This document shows positions 39,365 through 50,262 of a stretch of DNA of 59,545 bases, piece by piece (position 1 is the first letter of the stretch; every line of letters starts with the position of its first letter). The notes under the pieces are model-generated. The model was not told the DNA's origin and searched no databases. It saw nothing but the letters and a program-made list of their open reading frames with translations. The position numbers and the translations under genes were made by a program. This DNA is from a virus (Duplodnaviria > Caudoviricetes): positions 1 to 59,545 of IMG/VR virus record IMGVR_UViG_3300045612_000175. One strand, given 5' to 3'.

Positions 39365-39931
39365 ATGGCATACTCGGGTGATGACGTGACCAAGCCAAGC
39401 TGGCATGCGAGTGTGCGGGTCGGTGGCTTCGACGACGAGTGGCTGAAGTGGGAGGGCGTGGATCGCGCACACATCTTGCACGAGATCGTGAACATCAACG
39501 ATGCGCCCTATGAGGTGCCAGTCGTAGACAAGAACTACGTGAATTGGTGGCCAAAGGGCTGGAGGCTGGGGCTTGTACGGCCCTCGTACTTGTGGACGCT
39601 CATTGCCATGAACGCACACAAGGGGCTGACTGTCAGGGCCGTTGATGATGACCTGACTGTCGTCACGAGGGCGACTGATCCGCTCCTTGTGTGGGATGCA
39701 GTGGCGTCATTTGCGGCGACTGTTGATGAGACCCTTGTGATCTACAGCAAGGGGCCTAAGCCCGTGAAAATCAGGCTCACCCCTGATCGCGATGTCATGG
39801 CCACGTGCTACGAGCTAGATTCCGTGACTGGTGCAGATGGCGACCCGCTCGATGGCGATGGCGAATGGCCCGAGGGGGTGGAGTGCGCGAAGCTCGCATG
39901 GGACTTGGCGTGGAAGAGGCGTGAGCTATGA
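39365..39931 (+). CDS. Hypothetical protein between the tRNA pairs
   Basis: GAGGAGG SD, 188 aa. Confidence 0.65.
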   Translation: MAYSGDDVTKPSWHASVRVGGFDDEWLKWEGVDRAHILHEIVNINDAPYEVPVVDKNYVNWWPKGWRLGLVRPSYLWTLIAMNAHKGLTVRAVDDDLTVVTRATDPLLVWDAVASFAATVDETLVIYSKGPKPVKIRLTPDRDVMATCYELDSVTGADGDPLDGDGEWPEGVECAKLAWDLAWKRREL

Positions 39932-39966
39932 GGACATAAGTCCGTAAGGACGTGAGGCGGCGCGCG

Positions 39967-40042
39967 TGGTGCCTCGGGCGCGGGTCGAACGCGCGACCGT
40001 CCGCTTAGAAGGCGGATGCTCTGTCCACTGAGCTACCGAGAC
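39967..40042 (-). tRNA. tRNA-Arg(UCU)
   Basis: GTCTCGG/CCGAGGC-ACCA; TCCGC-CTTCTAA-GCGGA. Confidence 0.92.
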
Positions 40043-40049
40043 GCGCCCA

Positions 40050-40125
40050 TGGTAGGCCCGGCGGGAATTGAACCCGCGGCCACTGACTTATAAGGTCAGT
40101 GCTCTCACCACTGAGCTACGGGCCG
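40050..40125 (-). tRNA. tRNA-Ile(UAU), C1.U72 mismatch
   Basis: CGGCCCG/CGGGCCT-ACCA; CTGAC-CTTATAA-GTCAG. Confidence 0.9.
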
Positions 40126-40150
40126 CCACCCTAGGCAAGGAGAAGCATAC

Positions 40151-40567
40151 ATGATCGCGATGACGATTGGCCTGCGCGTGTTCATGGTCGTGCGGGCATT
40201 CGGGCCGGGCCACTATGAGCTGAGCATGGCGACAATGGCAGCATTGGTGGCCGACATCAGTCCGAAGCTGGCGGCCGAGGAGGTTGACCCCGTCGAGATT
40301 CTTGAGGCACTCGCATGGCTCGACAGTACTGATGAGGCCATGGCCAAGGAGACTGGGTCGGCACGGACGTTTGTGTTTCTCAGCATGAAGCAGATCGGTG
40401 ATGGCACCTCTGTTTCTTGGCATGAAGCAGATCGCAAGTGGCATGGGTCTGACTACTCTAGGGTCGTGGCAGTCTTCGAGCGAGAGAACCCAAGCCTAGG
40501 AAGCCGCTTCATGGCGGATCTCTTTGGGTCTGAGTACCCTACAGTCGTTGGCGAGACGGTGTTGTAG
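40151..40567 (+). CDS. Hypothetical protein
   Basis: AAGGAG SD. Confidence 0.6.
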   Translation: MIAMTIGLRVFMVVRAFGPGHYELSMATMAALVADISPKLAAEEVDPVEILEALAWLDSTDEAMAKETGSARTFVFLSMKQIGDGTSVSWHEADRKWHGSDYSRVVAVFERENPSLGSRFMADLFGSEYPTVVGETVL

Positions 40568-40797
40568 GCTACTCGGCCCAGATTGTAGGCTACTTGGAGG
40601 CTACTTCTGCATGAATTGCATGGCACATAGAAGCAAGCCTGATCTGGAACTGTAGGGTAGTAGCCTACTTTTAGAAGTGCTGGTATATTCGTGTGGGTGA
40701 AAAGAGTTTGACCCCCGTATATAGTACGGGGGGCGAAGAGGATTGGGCCTCGTGCAATGGGTCGCCTAAAATAGGAAAGTTGCCGAGTAGCCTACAA
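40562..40797. repeat. Iteron-like direct and inverted repeats; candidate replication origin
   Basis: Perfect 16-bp inverted repeat TTGTAGGCTACTCGGC (40562..40577 / 40782..40797), more AGGCTACT copies at 40583, 40598 and 40659 (inverted), and a hairpin near 40712-40733. Confidence 0.6.
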
Positions 40798-40813
40798 GCC
40801 AAGGAGAACTGCA

Positions 40814-41134
40814 TTGAACCGTACCGACATGCTTGACAAGGACAGCGAGGCAGGGGAGCACCTGCTTGAGACTCTTGCTCGGATCGAGGCGGGGCTACTT
40901 GAAAGTAACCGTGTGTACACCAAGCTCCTGTCGCGAGTGGCAGTCATCAAGGTGACAGTCGATGACATTGAGGCGAAAGTCAAGAAGCACGACGCCGAGC
41001 TTGTAGAGACAGGCAAGCTGTGCGACGAGCTGATCGGCGGCCTGCGCGATGTCATGGAGGCGACCCTCAACATGCAGGGCAAGAGTCTCAGTGACGCCGA
41101 GGGACTTGCGCCCGACGAAGAAGGCATGCTATAG
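40814..41134 (+). CDS. Coiled-coil hypothetical protein
   Basis: AAGGAG SD, TTG start. Confidence 0.55.
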   Translation: MNRTDMLDKDSEAGEHLLETLARIEAGLLESNRVYTKLLSRVAVIKVTVDDIEAKVKKHDAELVETGKLCDELIGGLRDVMEATLNMQGKSLSDAEGLAPDEEGML

Positions 41135-41135
41135 T
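41106..41135 (+). promoter_or_regulatory. Sigma70-type promoter with extended -10
   Basis: TTGCGC-18-TATAGT, preceded by TGc. Confidence 0.55.
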
Positions 41136-41219
41136 CTGCTGTCGCGGACTGGCGATGGTGTCACCAGCCTGTTGCTGGTGGGATCGGCAAAGACCCAACA
41201 ATTGAATAGCGCGCTCTTG

Positions 41220-41255
41220 GGCCAGCCATTTCCCCCGATGGCTGGTCTTTTTTTT
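41220..41255 (+). terminator. Intrinsic terminator upstream of the giant gene
   Basis: GGCCAGCCAT-loop-ATGGCTGGTC-T8. Confidence 0.85.
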
Positions 41256-41299
41256 ATGTCCTCCGTTTCTACAAGTAAGGCTTATTGCGGAGGACACCA

Positions 41300-44200
41300 A
41301 TGACGTTTACATCACGAGGCTTCGGTATCAGAACCAATGCTGACGCACAGAAGGCGCGGCTTGATGAGCTTGCAAGGAGAGTAAACCTAGGGAAGCCTGA
41401 AGAGCAGGCCCCTACTGGCCCCACGGCCGCGGACTACAATGCAGTCGCAGGCCTTGTGCCTGAGGCATTCCCTGCTGGCTTCGAGCCACTGCCCGAGCGT
41501 CCAGTCGATCCAGAGCAGGCAGCCATTGATGCCGCAAGAGCCAGAGCATCGGCGTACCTGAGCGCGCCAGACAACGCTGCGATGCAGACCACAGACATTG
41601 GTGGCACGCAAGTCAGGTCATTGAGGCCGGGCATGACATGGAACTTCACGCCCGAAGAGGCAGCCTCGCGTATCGACACGTTCGAGTCCGCAATCAATGC
41701 AGGCGTGAACCTCACACCTGCCGAGCGCGAGGAGTACATGGCGGCACAGGCCACCCCCGGCGTGAACATTCGCAAGGGTGGCTGGGACACGGCAGGCAGG
41801 AACCTCTTTGTCGGCGCAACGGGAGGCGTGGCTGCCCCCATTGGCGGTGCCATGCGCTTCATTGGCGAGAATGCTGGCGTGCCGGGCATGGCAGAGAGCG
41901 GGGCAGCCATCGAGGAAAGCGCGGCTGGGCAACAGGCCCGCTTCAATCCGCCGACAAAGGAGCAGCTCGACAAGGCGACGGGCGTGCCTGAGCCGAAGCC
42001 AGAGTGGGGGGCGAACAGCCTGTTCCAAGTCAACACATGGACGGACGGGCGCATGCTTGACCCGAAGTGGTGGGAGGCCCTCGGCGCACAGAACTGGGTC
42101 AAGACGACAGGCATGCAGGGGCTTGGCTCATTTGCTGGAACTGCGCTTGTTACCGCGCCCCTTTCCATGGGGGCGAGCGCACTGCTTGAAGCGCCCATGC
42201 TTGTCGTTGGTGCGCGCTTTGGACTGAAGCCCGGTGTCATTCGAGGCAGCCTTGAGATTGCCGACAGGCTTGGCCTTGGTGGGGGCGATGTCGTTGACGC
42301 ACTCACAGAAGCAGCAACTGCATATTCAGATGCAAGACGTGAAGGCAAGTCTATAGACGAAGCAAACAGAATTGCCGGTCAAGTCAGTGCCATGAATGTG
42401 GCGACGAATGTTGCGCTTGGCTCTGCCGGTGAAGTTGCAGCCAAGCTCAAGGGTGCAGGCATGGCGGCACGGAAGCTCAACAATTTGCTGAGACGTAGCC
42501 CCGTGCCTGTTGAGACGCAGCTCGCGACCGCAGAAAGAATGGCATCAGAAGGACTCATTCAAAAAGTCATCCTTGATAAGGTCAAGTCTGCAATTATTGC
42601 AGGTGCAAGAGAGGGACTTCAAGAGGCGCAGCAAGGCAACATTCAGGACACGGCAAAGGACGACACGCCATGGGATGTCATGCGTGCGTACACGAGCGGC
42701 AAGTACACGGACGACATGCTCGCTGGCGCATTGCTTGGTGGGGGCAGCCGCTTTGTCGGATCAATGCGGACGATGGCAAGGCCAAGCGGTGCGCTCGGCA
42801 TCATGTCGCAGCCACAGAAGGCACAGATTGAATCTGTGATTGGCGACAATCCTGTATTCAAAAACCTCCCTGAAGAAAGCGCATCAAGACTTGAGGATCT
42901 GAAGAGTCGAGTATCTTCAGGACAAGTGTCTTTTGATGATGGAGTACGAGAGTTAGTTGACATTGCATTTGAATTGCCATCTGAACATTTTGATGCAATC
43001 AGACCAAAACTTGACATGCTTGAGGAGAGCGCTGCCGAAAGTGCGACTCAAGAAACAGGAGGTGGTGGGGGCGCACCTCCGACACCGCCACCTACAAAGA
43101 CGGGCGGAACACCAGTAGATCCAGAAGAGGAGCGCATCAGAAGGCTCATGGATCTAGATGATCCACTCAGGCCGGGGTCAAAACTTATAGATAGATATAG
43201 AAGTCTTGCAAGTCAGGCTCGTCAAGGTGTGCTTACAGCAGATCAACTAAGAAATGATTTGTTTGATCGTATTCAAGATGATAGCAATCTTGATGATGAA
43301 GGAGTTAGCGCTCTTACAGATGCATTGCAAAGTCTTGATATATCTGCTCCACAAAGTGAAGCAGTAGCAAATGCAGAAAGAATGTACGCTGCAAGAGATA
43401 GGGAAACAGAGGAAGTAATCACACCGGAACCTCCAACAAAAAGCTCGTCAAGCATAGCACCTAGTGCAGCTCAAACACCTAGTACTGCTAGGTTTACGAA
43501 GCCAGAACAGACTATTCCTACAGAGCAAGCGGATGCAGAAGTTCGCAAGGCAGTAGACGAATTCCTTGCACAGAATCCTGACATTAAAATATCTAGAGAT
43601 ATTATATACGATCAAAAGTATAAAGATTTTGTGCAAGAATTAACTAATAAATATAATTATACAAGTATATATGCACCTCCTGAGTATAATGAGTTTGCTC
43701 CATGGAAAGTTCCACAAGACTCTGCACGTATGGCTATATATAGTCAGCTAATTCAAGGAAGGCGCGCACAGCAAGCAGGATCACAGCAAGCGGCTACACG
43801 TATTATAACTACTCCGCAAGCTAGACAGAGGCTTGCAAATCTCGGAATGACAAATGAACAACTTGTACGCTATGTTCCTACTCCAAGCGGAAATAATGGA
43901 TCATATACTCTAGCCGACGTAACAAAAGCAGAGAGTCTAATGAATGCGGAGGGTTCCGTCGCGGGAGAGCCTGTTGCCGAACAGCCTGTTGCCAAGCCAC
44001 CGGCCGCCGAGCAGCTCGTCACCGAGCCACCGGCCGCCGAGCCACCGGCCGCCGAGCAGCCCGTCACCGAGCAGCCCGTCGCCGAGCGACCAGCCGCCCA
44101 ACGAGTCGTTAGGTTTGAAAATCCTTTTATTCAGAAAGCTTTTGAAGCTGCAAAAGAAAATGGACTTGTATCTGATGAAGATATCCTTGCGCTTTCTCCA

Positions 44201-47200
44201 ACAGGACAAGGAGGAGCTTATAAGGCGGCAGAACTAGACGCAGCTCTGAAGAAAAATGGACAGGCAGTAAAGAGTGGAAGATTATATTATGGAGATCCAG
44301 ATGCTATAGTAAAGCTTAAGGCTATTGCAAAGCCAGCCGCTGTTGCTGAGGCTCCTGCGACCGCCGCCGAGGAAGTCAAACCGCCAGCCGAACAGTCGCC
44401 TGCTGCCGAGCCTCCTGCGCCTCCTGCTGCCGAGCCTCCTGCGCCTCCTGCTCCTACCGTGCCTGCCGAAGATGGTCGTAGAAGAACACCAAGTGGAAGA
44501 ATCATAAGACCAGAAGCAGAAACATATGCTCGCACAGAGGGAGTGTCACTTCTTGAACTTGATCCATTTATTATCGGAACTGGAAGAAATGGAATTATAA
44601 GAAGAAGAGATGTTGTAGATGCTATTGAAGCTTATAAGACTGACAGACAAACAAGAGCCGCGAATCAAGAAAAGTTAAGCAAAATTCCGGGCATAGCAGA
44701 CGAAGAACTAGAAACATCGGGACAGACATTGGATTCGCCGGGAATAAGACAGGCAGTATTAAGTTCAATCTTAGAAAAGATAGCTAAGAATGATCCAAAT
44801 GATCCACCATATCAAGTTGCATTTTATAAAGGTCAAACAAGAAATAGAAATGGGATTGGTCTTGGCCCTAAATATGTTCCAGTTTTCATCGCAAAAGTTA
44901 GTAATACAAGTGTGGAAATAATAGAAATTCGCGCAGGTGCAAATCCAAAACAAACAATAACTCTTCCAAAAACATTTTTTAAAGACATATTTGTACCTAC
45001 AAATGAGCAACTACAAAGAATTCGTGCTGAAAATAAGATTAGAGCGAATAAAGGTCAAGTTTTATCTGACGAAAAAATAAATAATATAGAAAAACTTTTA
45101 AATGAGTTGAAAGAAAATTCTCTTTTATATAGTGATGACAATCAGATGATGGCAAGGTTTACAGAAGCAGAGCCATCAAACCCACAGCCAAGACCCGGAA
45201 AAGAAAATGTAGACGAAACTAAACAAGAAGTTGACTCTTCTGGAAAAGAAATTGGCTTTGGTCGATTTACATATGAAGATGAAAGTGGAAATATAACAAC
45301 ATCTAGATACTCAACAATAGATCAAGATTCTTGGAAGATAGTGGATGAGCTTGCAAGATGGTACGCTGCACGAGAGGCAGGAAGGCCTGAGCTTGCAATC
45401 GCATATGCAAAAACTATCCTTGGTCCAAGAGGAGAACTTGCAAGATACGTCGGGCAGCTCATTAGAATGTCAGATGTTATAGAAAAAATAAATCCAAAAT
45501 TTACTGCTTTCAGACCAGATTTTATACACTTTCGATTTAATGGTCAGCTAATACGCAACGCTTTGGCAATGAACATCGCAGACGTAAAAGGAATGATAGA
45601 AGATCTGGGATTAGATTCAGAAAAAAAGCAAGAAGTTCTTAAGCAATTTGAATTAGGATTTAGAGCAGCATCAAAAGAAGACAGTGAAGGTAAGCCTGAG
45701 CGTGTAAATCCAGAAGGAATAAGATCTAGGTATTGGACGACACAACTACAGTCTTTGTATAACAATGGAGTGGCGTGGTCAAGAACAGAATTTGGACCTA
45801 ACTCAAAATATGAAGTGCCTGAACTAATAGGAAGAAAGACAAGCGAAGGCACCGAAGGCACCGCCGAAACAAAATCATATGCTTCTGGTGGACTTACTTT
45901 TGCCGCAGAAGGAGGAAAAGACTACTGGGACAGAGAAGTAAGCAAGCACATAGATGAGGCAAGATTTAAGGAACTTGCTGGTGAACCTGCTGCAAAAAAT
46001 GGATATAAGTTTAACCAGATTCAAGATGTAGTCAAAAAGATTCAAGCAGAAGGCACTACTGTAAGACCATACGGTGACATACAAAAAGAAATAGCTGCCG
46101 AAAAGAAACCAGCCGCAGGTACTGAGACAGGCGCTCAGCCTACAGAGACGACAGGCGGGCCTCAGAGCGAACAGCCACCTGCTCGTCGTGCGCAAGTGCG
46201 TGCATCAAATGCACATCCAAAAAGAGAGATCCCAGATTCCGCGCGACAGACAAAGCAGCTCACAAAGCCAAAGAGCGGAAACGATATTGCTCCTATTGGC
46301 ATAATCAAGGGAGTGAATTCCATACTCAATGCAGGAGACATTGAGGGCGCAATGGTATACATGAGACTATTGTTTGGATCACTTTCAAACTTAAAATATC
46401 CTGATATTAAAGTTGATGGAAAGCCAGTCACATCTGCTGGATCGGTGTCAGATACTGACGTGGGAATAGGAAGTAATATGGCTCTTGCTCTTTGGGCAAA
46501 CATGACAGGAACTGGAGCAGAAGCAAACAAAACATTAATTAATAATTTCTTAGAAAGAATAAAGAAAGAATCTACAGGCGTTCCCGAGTACGCACGCATA
46601 AATAAAATTATTAATCAGACGATTAGTAGCCTGAGGGCGCTTACGTCTGGAAGTCTTTCAAGTCAGGATATTGCTAACGAGGTAATGCAAAAACAATATG
46701 GAGTAAATCCAGACAATCTTGCAACTCAAGAAAGCGCAAAAGCATTTGCAATAGCAAGAGTGAAAAAGGCTATTGCCGAACAACTGAATCATGCATTGCG
46801 TGCATCACTCACAGATAGACTCTTTGGTTCTAAGAAGGCTCAATCAGACAACTTGTGGAATGCAAGGCATAGATCGCAGGCAGCAGCCGTGGATCAAGCA
46901 GTGCAGGAGACAGTCGAAGCACCAGCCTCGGCAACCACTGAGGCAGGCGGAGCTGCGCCTACAGAAGCCAAAGCACCAGCGTCAGCAGCTCCGAGCGGCC
47001 AGACTACAGATGTGGCCCCGAGTGTTTCAGGCGGGGTTACTTTTGCTGCACCGGGAACCCAAGCGTACTGGGACAGAGAGGTAAGCAAGCACATAGATGA
47101 GGCAAGATTTAAGGAACTTGCTGGTGAGCCTGCTTACAAAAATGGATATACTTTCACTCAGCTTAAAGATGTAGTTGAAAAAATTAGATCGGAAGGCAAG

Positions 47201-50200
47201 GTAGTAAGAGAATCATCAGAAGTACAAAAAGAAATAGCTGCTGAAAAAAGAGCAGCAAAAGCAGCGGGAGCCACTGCAACAGGCAGCGCTGCACCAGCAG
47301 AAACACCAGCCACTGCACCAGCCACTGCACCAGCCGAAGCACCAGCCGAAGCACCAGCCGAAGCACCAGCCGAAGCACCAAAAGAACTTGATGCAAGTGG
47401 CATACAAAATATACCAGATGAAGTTCAAAGAAATATAAATGTTTATAATGGATTGTTAAAATTATTAACAGATAATAATCCTTTAATTGTATCAGCAGCA
47501 AAACAAGGAATGAACGACGCTCTTATAGCTATAAATTCAGGTGGATATACTGTTGATTTTGCTACAGGGAAAATTATAGAATCTGCCTCAAGCTTGGGAG
47601 CTATGAGAGATGTATTAAATACTATTACTGGTACTGGTACTGGTACTGGTACTGGTACTGGTACTGGTACTGGTACTGGTACTGGTACTGGTACTGGTAC
47701 TGGTACTGGTACTGGTACTGGTACTGGTACTGGTACTGGTACTGGTACTGGTACTCAAGCACAAGCGCCAGTAATTAATAAATCTAATCTAATGTCATCA
47801 GTAAGAAATCTTGTAACTACAGGCCAATCAAATGATATTATAAATCACTTGGGTGGAATGAATCTGATTGATGCTGGAAGAACTATTAAAGCAGCACTTT
47901 CACGCACCTCTAAAAAATCACCAGAAGGAGTGCGTGACAGACAATTTATTATTGATAACATAGATAAAATTTTTACTGATCCAGCAAAGGCTCAAGTTGT
48001 TAGAAATATGGTGGAGGGCAAAACAACTACAGTTACTTTACCTACCACATCAGTCAATCCACCAGCACCACCAGTCAATCCACCAGCACCACCAGTCAAT
48101 CCTCCCGCACCACCAGTCAATCCTCCCGCACCTCCAGTCAATCCTCCCGCACCACCAGTCAATCCTCCCGCACCACCAGTCAATCCTCCCGCACCACCCG
48201 CACCACCCGCACCTCCAGTCAATCCACCCGCACCTCAGCCTGTTCCTCCGACGCCACCACCAGCAGGTCCCACTCAAACTTGGTGGGAAACACTAGAGGC
48301 ATGGCGCTATGCAAACGCATTGTCAAATGTTTTCCAGCTTGCTACAGAAGGGCTAAATGCAACAGTACGAGTAGCTGAGCTTTTCACACTTAATCCAATA
48401 GAAGGCGCGGTTCAAGGCGTGTTCAAGAAATTTGGAGCACAGGGTGAGCAGACCGCATCAGTAGGCGCATCGCTTGCTGGCGCCACAGGAATACTAGATG
48501 GAATTGCCAACGGCGCAGTAAATGGATTCAAAGCATTTACTGATCCAAGCGCAGTACTTCGTGGTCCAAATACAGACATCAAGCTTCTCACTCAAAGCGA
48601 GATTGCAAAAAATAATAGGCTGGCAAAATATGGACTTACTGGCCTAGAATTAATTGGCACAAGACCAAGACTTGCACTCGACATGCTTGCTCAAGGTATT
48701 GCAAGAAGCGTTGCGCTATCAACAAGAGCAGCGCTTGATGCACAGAATTCAGTGGGAGACATTTCATCTCAGGCTGGACAAGCCAAGATGAAGGAGTCGA
48801 AGTTTATTCTTGGGCAGGCGATGGCATGGCCATCTGTCATGAAAGACAGTGAACAGATCATGTCAGAAGCTGAGTATATTAAGATGCTCGGCAATGTTTC
48901 AAGCCAGCCAAATCTTTTGAATGATATTCGCGCAGCACAATACAATGGATCTCAGGCCTTTGCTTCAGATGCTGACATATACAATGCAGCAAAGAAGGCA
49001 TACGAAATTGAAGACGAGGCAAGAGGAATATCAAACCAAGGAACAAGGCAGCCGAGACTCTTTGGAAGGCTGTTCGCCGGAAATCCTGTGGCAAAAAATC
49101 TTGTGCTGTTCACGAATTGGCTTGCACGAGAATCATACCGAGGCCTGTCATACACTCCGGGCGTTGGCGCTGGCCTCATGTTGTATGATGTACAAACAGG
49201 CAAATACAAAGACATTGAAGGTGGAGCAAGCAAATGGATTGGAACACCTACTGACCCAAGGACCGAGAGGCTGTCGAAGCGTGTAGCCATGCAGATCATG
49301 GGGAGCATGGTTCTTGCAGGAGGCTTTGCGCTCAGAGCAATGGGCCGTATGAATGGCGATGGCCCGGAGGAGCCAGAAGAAAGAAGTGCGTGGCTTGCTG
49401 AAGGCAACATTCCATATGCACTTACTTGGGACAATCCAGACGGCACCAAGGCACAGTTCAAGCCGTCCGGTGTGCTTGGCGCGCTCATGTATCCGCTTGT
49501 TGCAGGAGCCATCGTTCACGACACCATCATGGGGTCAGAGTATCAAAGCCCATCAAAGGTGCGAGACGTACTTGACAAAGTTAGAAGACTATCTGTTCAG
49601 TACGCAGAGTGGATGTATGATAATAGCACTCTAAGAAACTATAATGAAATCATGAATGCGCTCCAAGCTAATAACTATGGAGAGCTAATGAACAGAATCA
49701 TTGCGAATCAAGTTCTCTCGTATGTACCAGCGTCTGGCCTGATGCGAGGAATCAATGCAGTGTCAGACAAGTACATGAGAAATCCAGACGATGTTCTCGA
49801 TTATATTTCAAACTCGCTGCCGACTGACAAGGATGCAATTGAGAAGAACCAGCAAGGAGGAAGACCGCAACTAAACATGGCAGTCAGGCCAAAGCGAGAT
49901 GAGTTTGGAAGGCCAGTACAAAATCAGTACTACGCAGAGGACACTGCGGGCAAAGTGGCAGGCCTGTTTAGGAGACAGTTCGTTTCCACTACAAGAGAGG
50001 GAAGTCAGAAAGACCAGCTCGGAAGGCCGACGTACCAATACGCTGGAGCAAAGACGAAGGCAGAATCTGTACGCATCGGAGGAGCAGTCAACGCTGTGGA
50101 GAAATATCTTAGGAATCCTCAGCTTGAGCGAGAACCTACCGCAGAGGAATATAGAATCGCAGCCAGATATTACGGCGGCAAAAATGTCCTCTGGCAGGAT

Positions 50201-50260
50201 GCACGGCAGCGTGGTGTCGAGCAAGAAAAGCTTGATCGAAAGATGTATGAGAGGAAATAA
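41300..50260 (+). CDS. Giant internal virion / DNA-ejection protein (~2986 aa)
   Basis: EGLQEAQQ...GALLGG membrane-associated motif; C-terminal [20 protein letters not shown] motif like T7-type internal virion protein D homologues; low-complexity linkers. GGAGG SD before ATG 41300. Confidence 0.7.
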   Translation: MTFTSRGFGIRTNADAQKARLDELARRVNLGKPEEQAPTGPTAADYNAVAGLVPEAFPAGFEPLPERPVDPEQAAIDAARARASAYLSAPDNAAMQTTDIGGTQVRSLRPGMTWNFTPEEAASRIDTFESAINAGVNLTPAEREEYMAAQATPGVNIRKGGWDTAGRNLFVGATGGVAAPIGGAMRFIGENAGVPGMAESGAAIEESAAGQQARFNPPTKEQLDKATGVPEPKPEWGANSLFQVNTWTDGRMLDPKWWEALGAQNWVKTTGMQGLGSFAGTALVTAPLSMGASALLEAPMLVVGARFGLKPGVIRGSLEIADRLGLGGGDVVDALTEAATAYSDARREGKSIDEANRIAGQVSAMNVATNVALGSAGEVAAKLKGAGMAARKLNNLLRRSPVPVETQLATAERMASEGLIQKVILDKVKSAIIAGAREGLQEAQQGNIQDTAKDDTPWDVMRAYTSGKYTDDMLAGALLGGGSRFVGSMRTMARPSGALGIMSQPQKAQIESVIGDNPVFKNLPEESASRLEDLKSRVSSGQVSFDDGVRELVDIAFELPSEHFDAIRPKLDMLEESAAESATQETGGGGGAPPTPPPTKTGGTPVDPEEERIRRLMDLDDPLRPGSKLIDRYRSLASQARQGVLTADQLRNDLFDRIQDDSNLDDEGVSALTDALQSLDISAPQSEAVANAERMYAARDRETEEVITPEPPTKSSSSIAPSAAQTPSTARFTKPEQTIPTEQADAEVRKAVDEFLAQNPDIKISRDIIYDQKYKDFVQELTNKYNYTSIYAPPEYNEFAPWKVPQDSARMAIYSQLIQGRRAQQAGSQQAATRIITTPQARQRLANLGMTNEQLVRYVPTPSGNNGSYTLADVTKAESLMNAEGSVAGEPVAEQPVAKPPAAEQLVTEPPAAEPPAAEQPVTEQPVAERPAAQRVVRFENPFIQKAFEAAKENGLVSDEDILALSPTGQGGAYKAAELDAALKKNGQAVKSGRLYYGDPDAIVKLKAIAKPAAVAEAPATAAEEVKPPAEQSPAAEPPAPPAAEPPAPPAPTVPAEDGRRRTPSGRIIRPEAETYARTEGVSLLELDPFIIGTGRNGIIRRRDVVDAIEAYKTDRQTRAANQEKLSKIPGIADEELETSGQTLDSPGIRQAVLSSILEKIAKNDPNDPPYQVAFYKGQTRNRNGIGLGPKYVPVFIAKVSNTSVEIIEIRAGANPKQTITLPKTFFKDIFVPTNEQLQRIRAENKIRANKGQVLSDEKINNIEKLLNELKENSLLYSDDNQMMARFTEAEPSNPQPRPGKENVDETKQEVDSSGKEIGFGRFTYEDESGNITTSRYSTIDQDSWKIVDELARWYAAREAGRPELAIAYAKTILGPRGELARYVGQLIRMSDVIEKINPKFTAFRPDFIHFRFNGQLIRNALAMNIADVKGMIEDLGLDSEKKQEVLKQFELGFRAASKEDSEGKPERVNPEGIRSRYWTTQLQSLYNNGVAWSRTEFGPNSKYEVPELIGRKTSEGTEGTAETKSYASGGLTFAAEGGKDYWDREVSKHIDEARFKELAGEPAAKNGYKFNQIQDVVKKIQAEGTTVRPYGDIQKEIAAEKKPAAGTETGAQPTETTGGPQSEQPPARRAQVRASNAHPKREIPDSARQTKQLTKPKSGNDIAPIGIIKGVNSILNAGDIEGAMVYMRLLFGSLSNLKYPDIKVDGKPVTSAGSVSDTDVGIGSNMALALWANMTGTGAEANKTLINNFLERIKKESTGVPEYARINKIINQTISSLRALTSGSLSSQDIANEVMQKQYGVNPDNLATQESAKAFAIARVKKAIAEQLNHALRASLTDRLFGSKKAQSDNLWNARHRSQAAAVDQAVQETVEAPASATTEAGGAAPTEAKAPASAAPSGQTTDVAPSVSGGVTFAAPGTQAYWDREVSKHIDEARFKELAGEPAYKNGYTFTQLKDVVEKIRSEGKVVRESSEVQKEIAAEKRAAKAAGATATGSAAPAETPATAPATAPAEAPAEAPAEAPAEAPKELDASGIQNIPDEVQRNINVYNGLLKLLTDNNPLIVSAAKQGMNDALIAINSGGYTVDFATGKIIESASSLGAMRDVLNTITGTGTGTGTGTGTGTGTGTGTGTGTGTGTGTGTGTGTGTGTGTQAQAPVINKSNLMSSVRNLVTTGQSNDIINHLGGMNLIDAGRTIKAALSRTSKKSPEGVRDRQFIIDNIDKIFTDPAKAQVVRNMVEGKTTTVTLPTTSVNPPAPPVNPPAPPVNPPAPPVNPPAPPVNPPAPPVNPPAPPVNPPAPPAPPAPPVNPPAPQPVPPTPPPAGPTQTWWETLEAWRYANALSNVFQLATEGLNATVRVAELFTLNPIEGAVQGVFKKFGAQGEQTASVGASLAGATGILDGIANGAVNGFKAFTDPSAVLRGPNTDIKLLTQSEIAKNNRLAKYGLTGLELIGTRPRLALDMLAQGIARSVALSTRAALDAQNSVGDISSQAGQAKMKESKFILGQAMAWPSVMKDSEQIMSEAEYIKMLGNVSSQPNLLNDIRAAQYNGSQAFASDADIYNAAKKAYEIEDEARGISNQGTRQPRLFGRLFAGNPVAKNLVLFTNWLARESYRGLSYTPGVGAGLMLYDVQTGKYKDIEGGASKWIGTPTDPRTERLSKRVAMQIMGSMVLAGGFALRAMGRMNGDGPEEPEERSAWLAEGNIPYALTWDNPDGTKAQFKPSGVLGALMYPLVAGAIVHDTIMGSEYQSPSKVRDVLDKVRRLSVQYAEWMYDNSTLRNYNEIMNALQANNYGELMNRIIANQVLSYVPASGLMRGINAVSDKYMRNPDDVLDYISNSLPTDKDAIEKNQQGGRPQLNMAVRPKRDEFGRPVQNQYYAEDTAGKVAGLFRRQFVSTTREGSQKDQLGRPTYQYAGAKTKAESVRIGGAVNAVEKYLRNPQLEREPTAEEYRIAARYYGGKNVLWQDARQRGVEQEKLDRKMYERK
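45884..46110 (+). repeat. Internal domain duplication (second copy ~47025..47250)
   Basis: [27 protein letters not shown] occurs twice, with a near-identical nucleotide core. Confidence 0.9.
47627..47755 (+). repeat. Perfect (ACTGGT) x21.5 microsatellite encoding a (Thr-Gly)n tract
   Basis: Read directly from the sequence. Confidence 0.95.
48052..48235 (+). repeat. 21-bp repeat encoding (VNPPAPP)n
   Basis: Read directly from the sequence. Confidence 0.9.
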
Positions 50261-50262
50261 AA

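Noticed and set aside
41148-41170. GGCGATGGTG resembling a fluoride riboswitch
   Set aside because: P1 is mismatched, the downstream GAUG.C.CCU pseudoknot partner is missing, and the gene context does not fit.
45884-47250. Duplication as a DGR template/variable repeat pair
   Set aside because: No reverse transcriptase is present, differences are not limited to adenines, and both copies are in frame in one gene.
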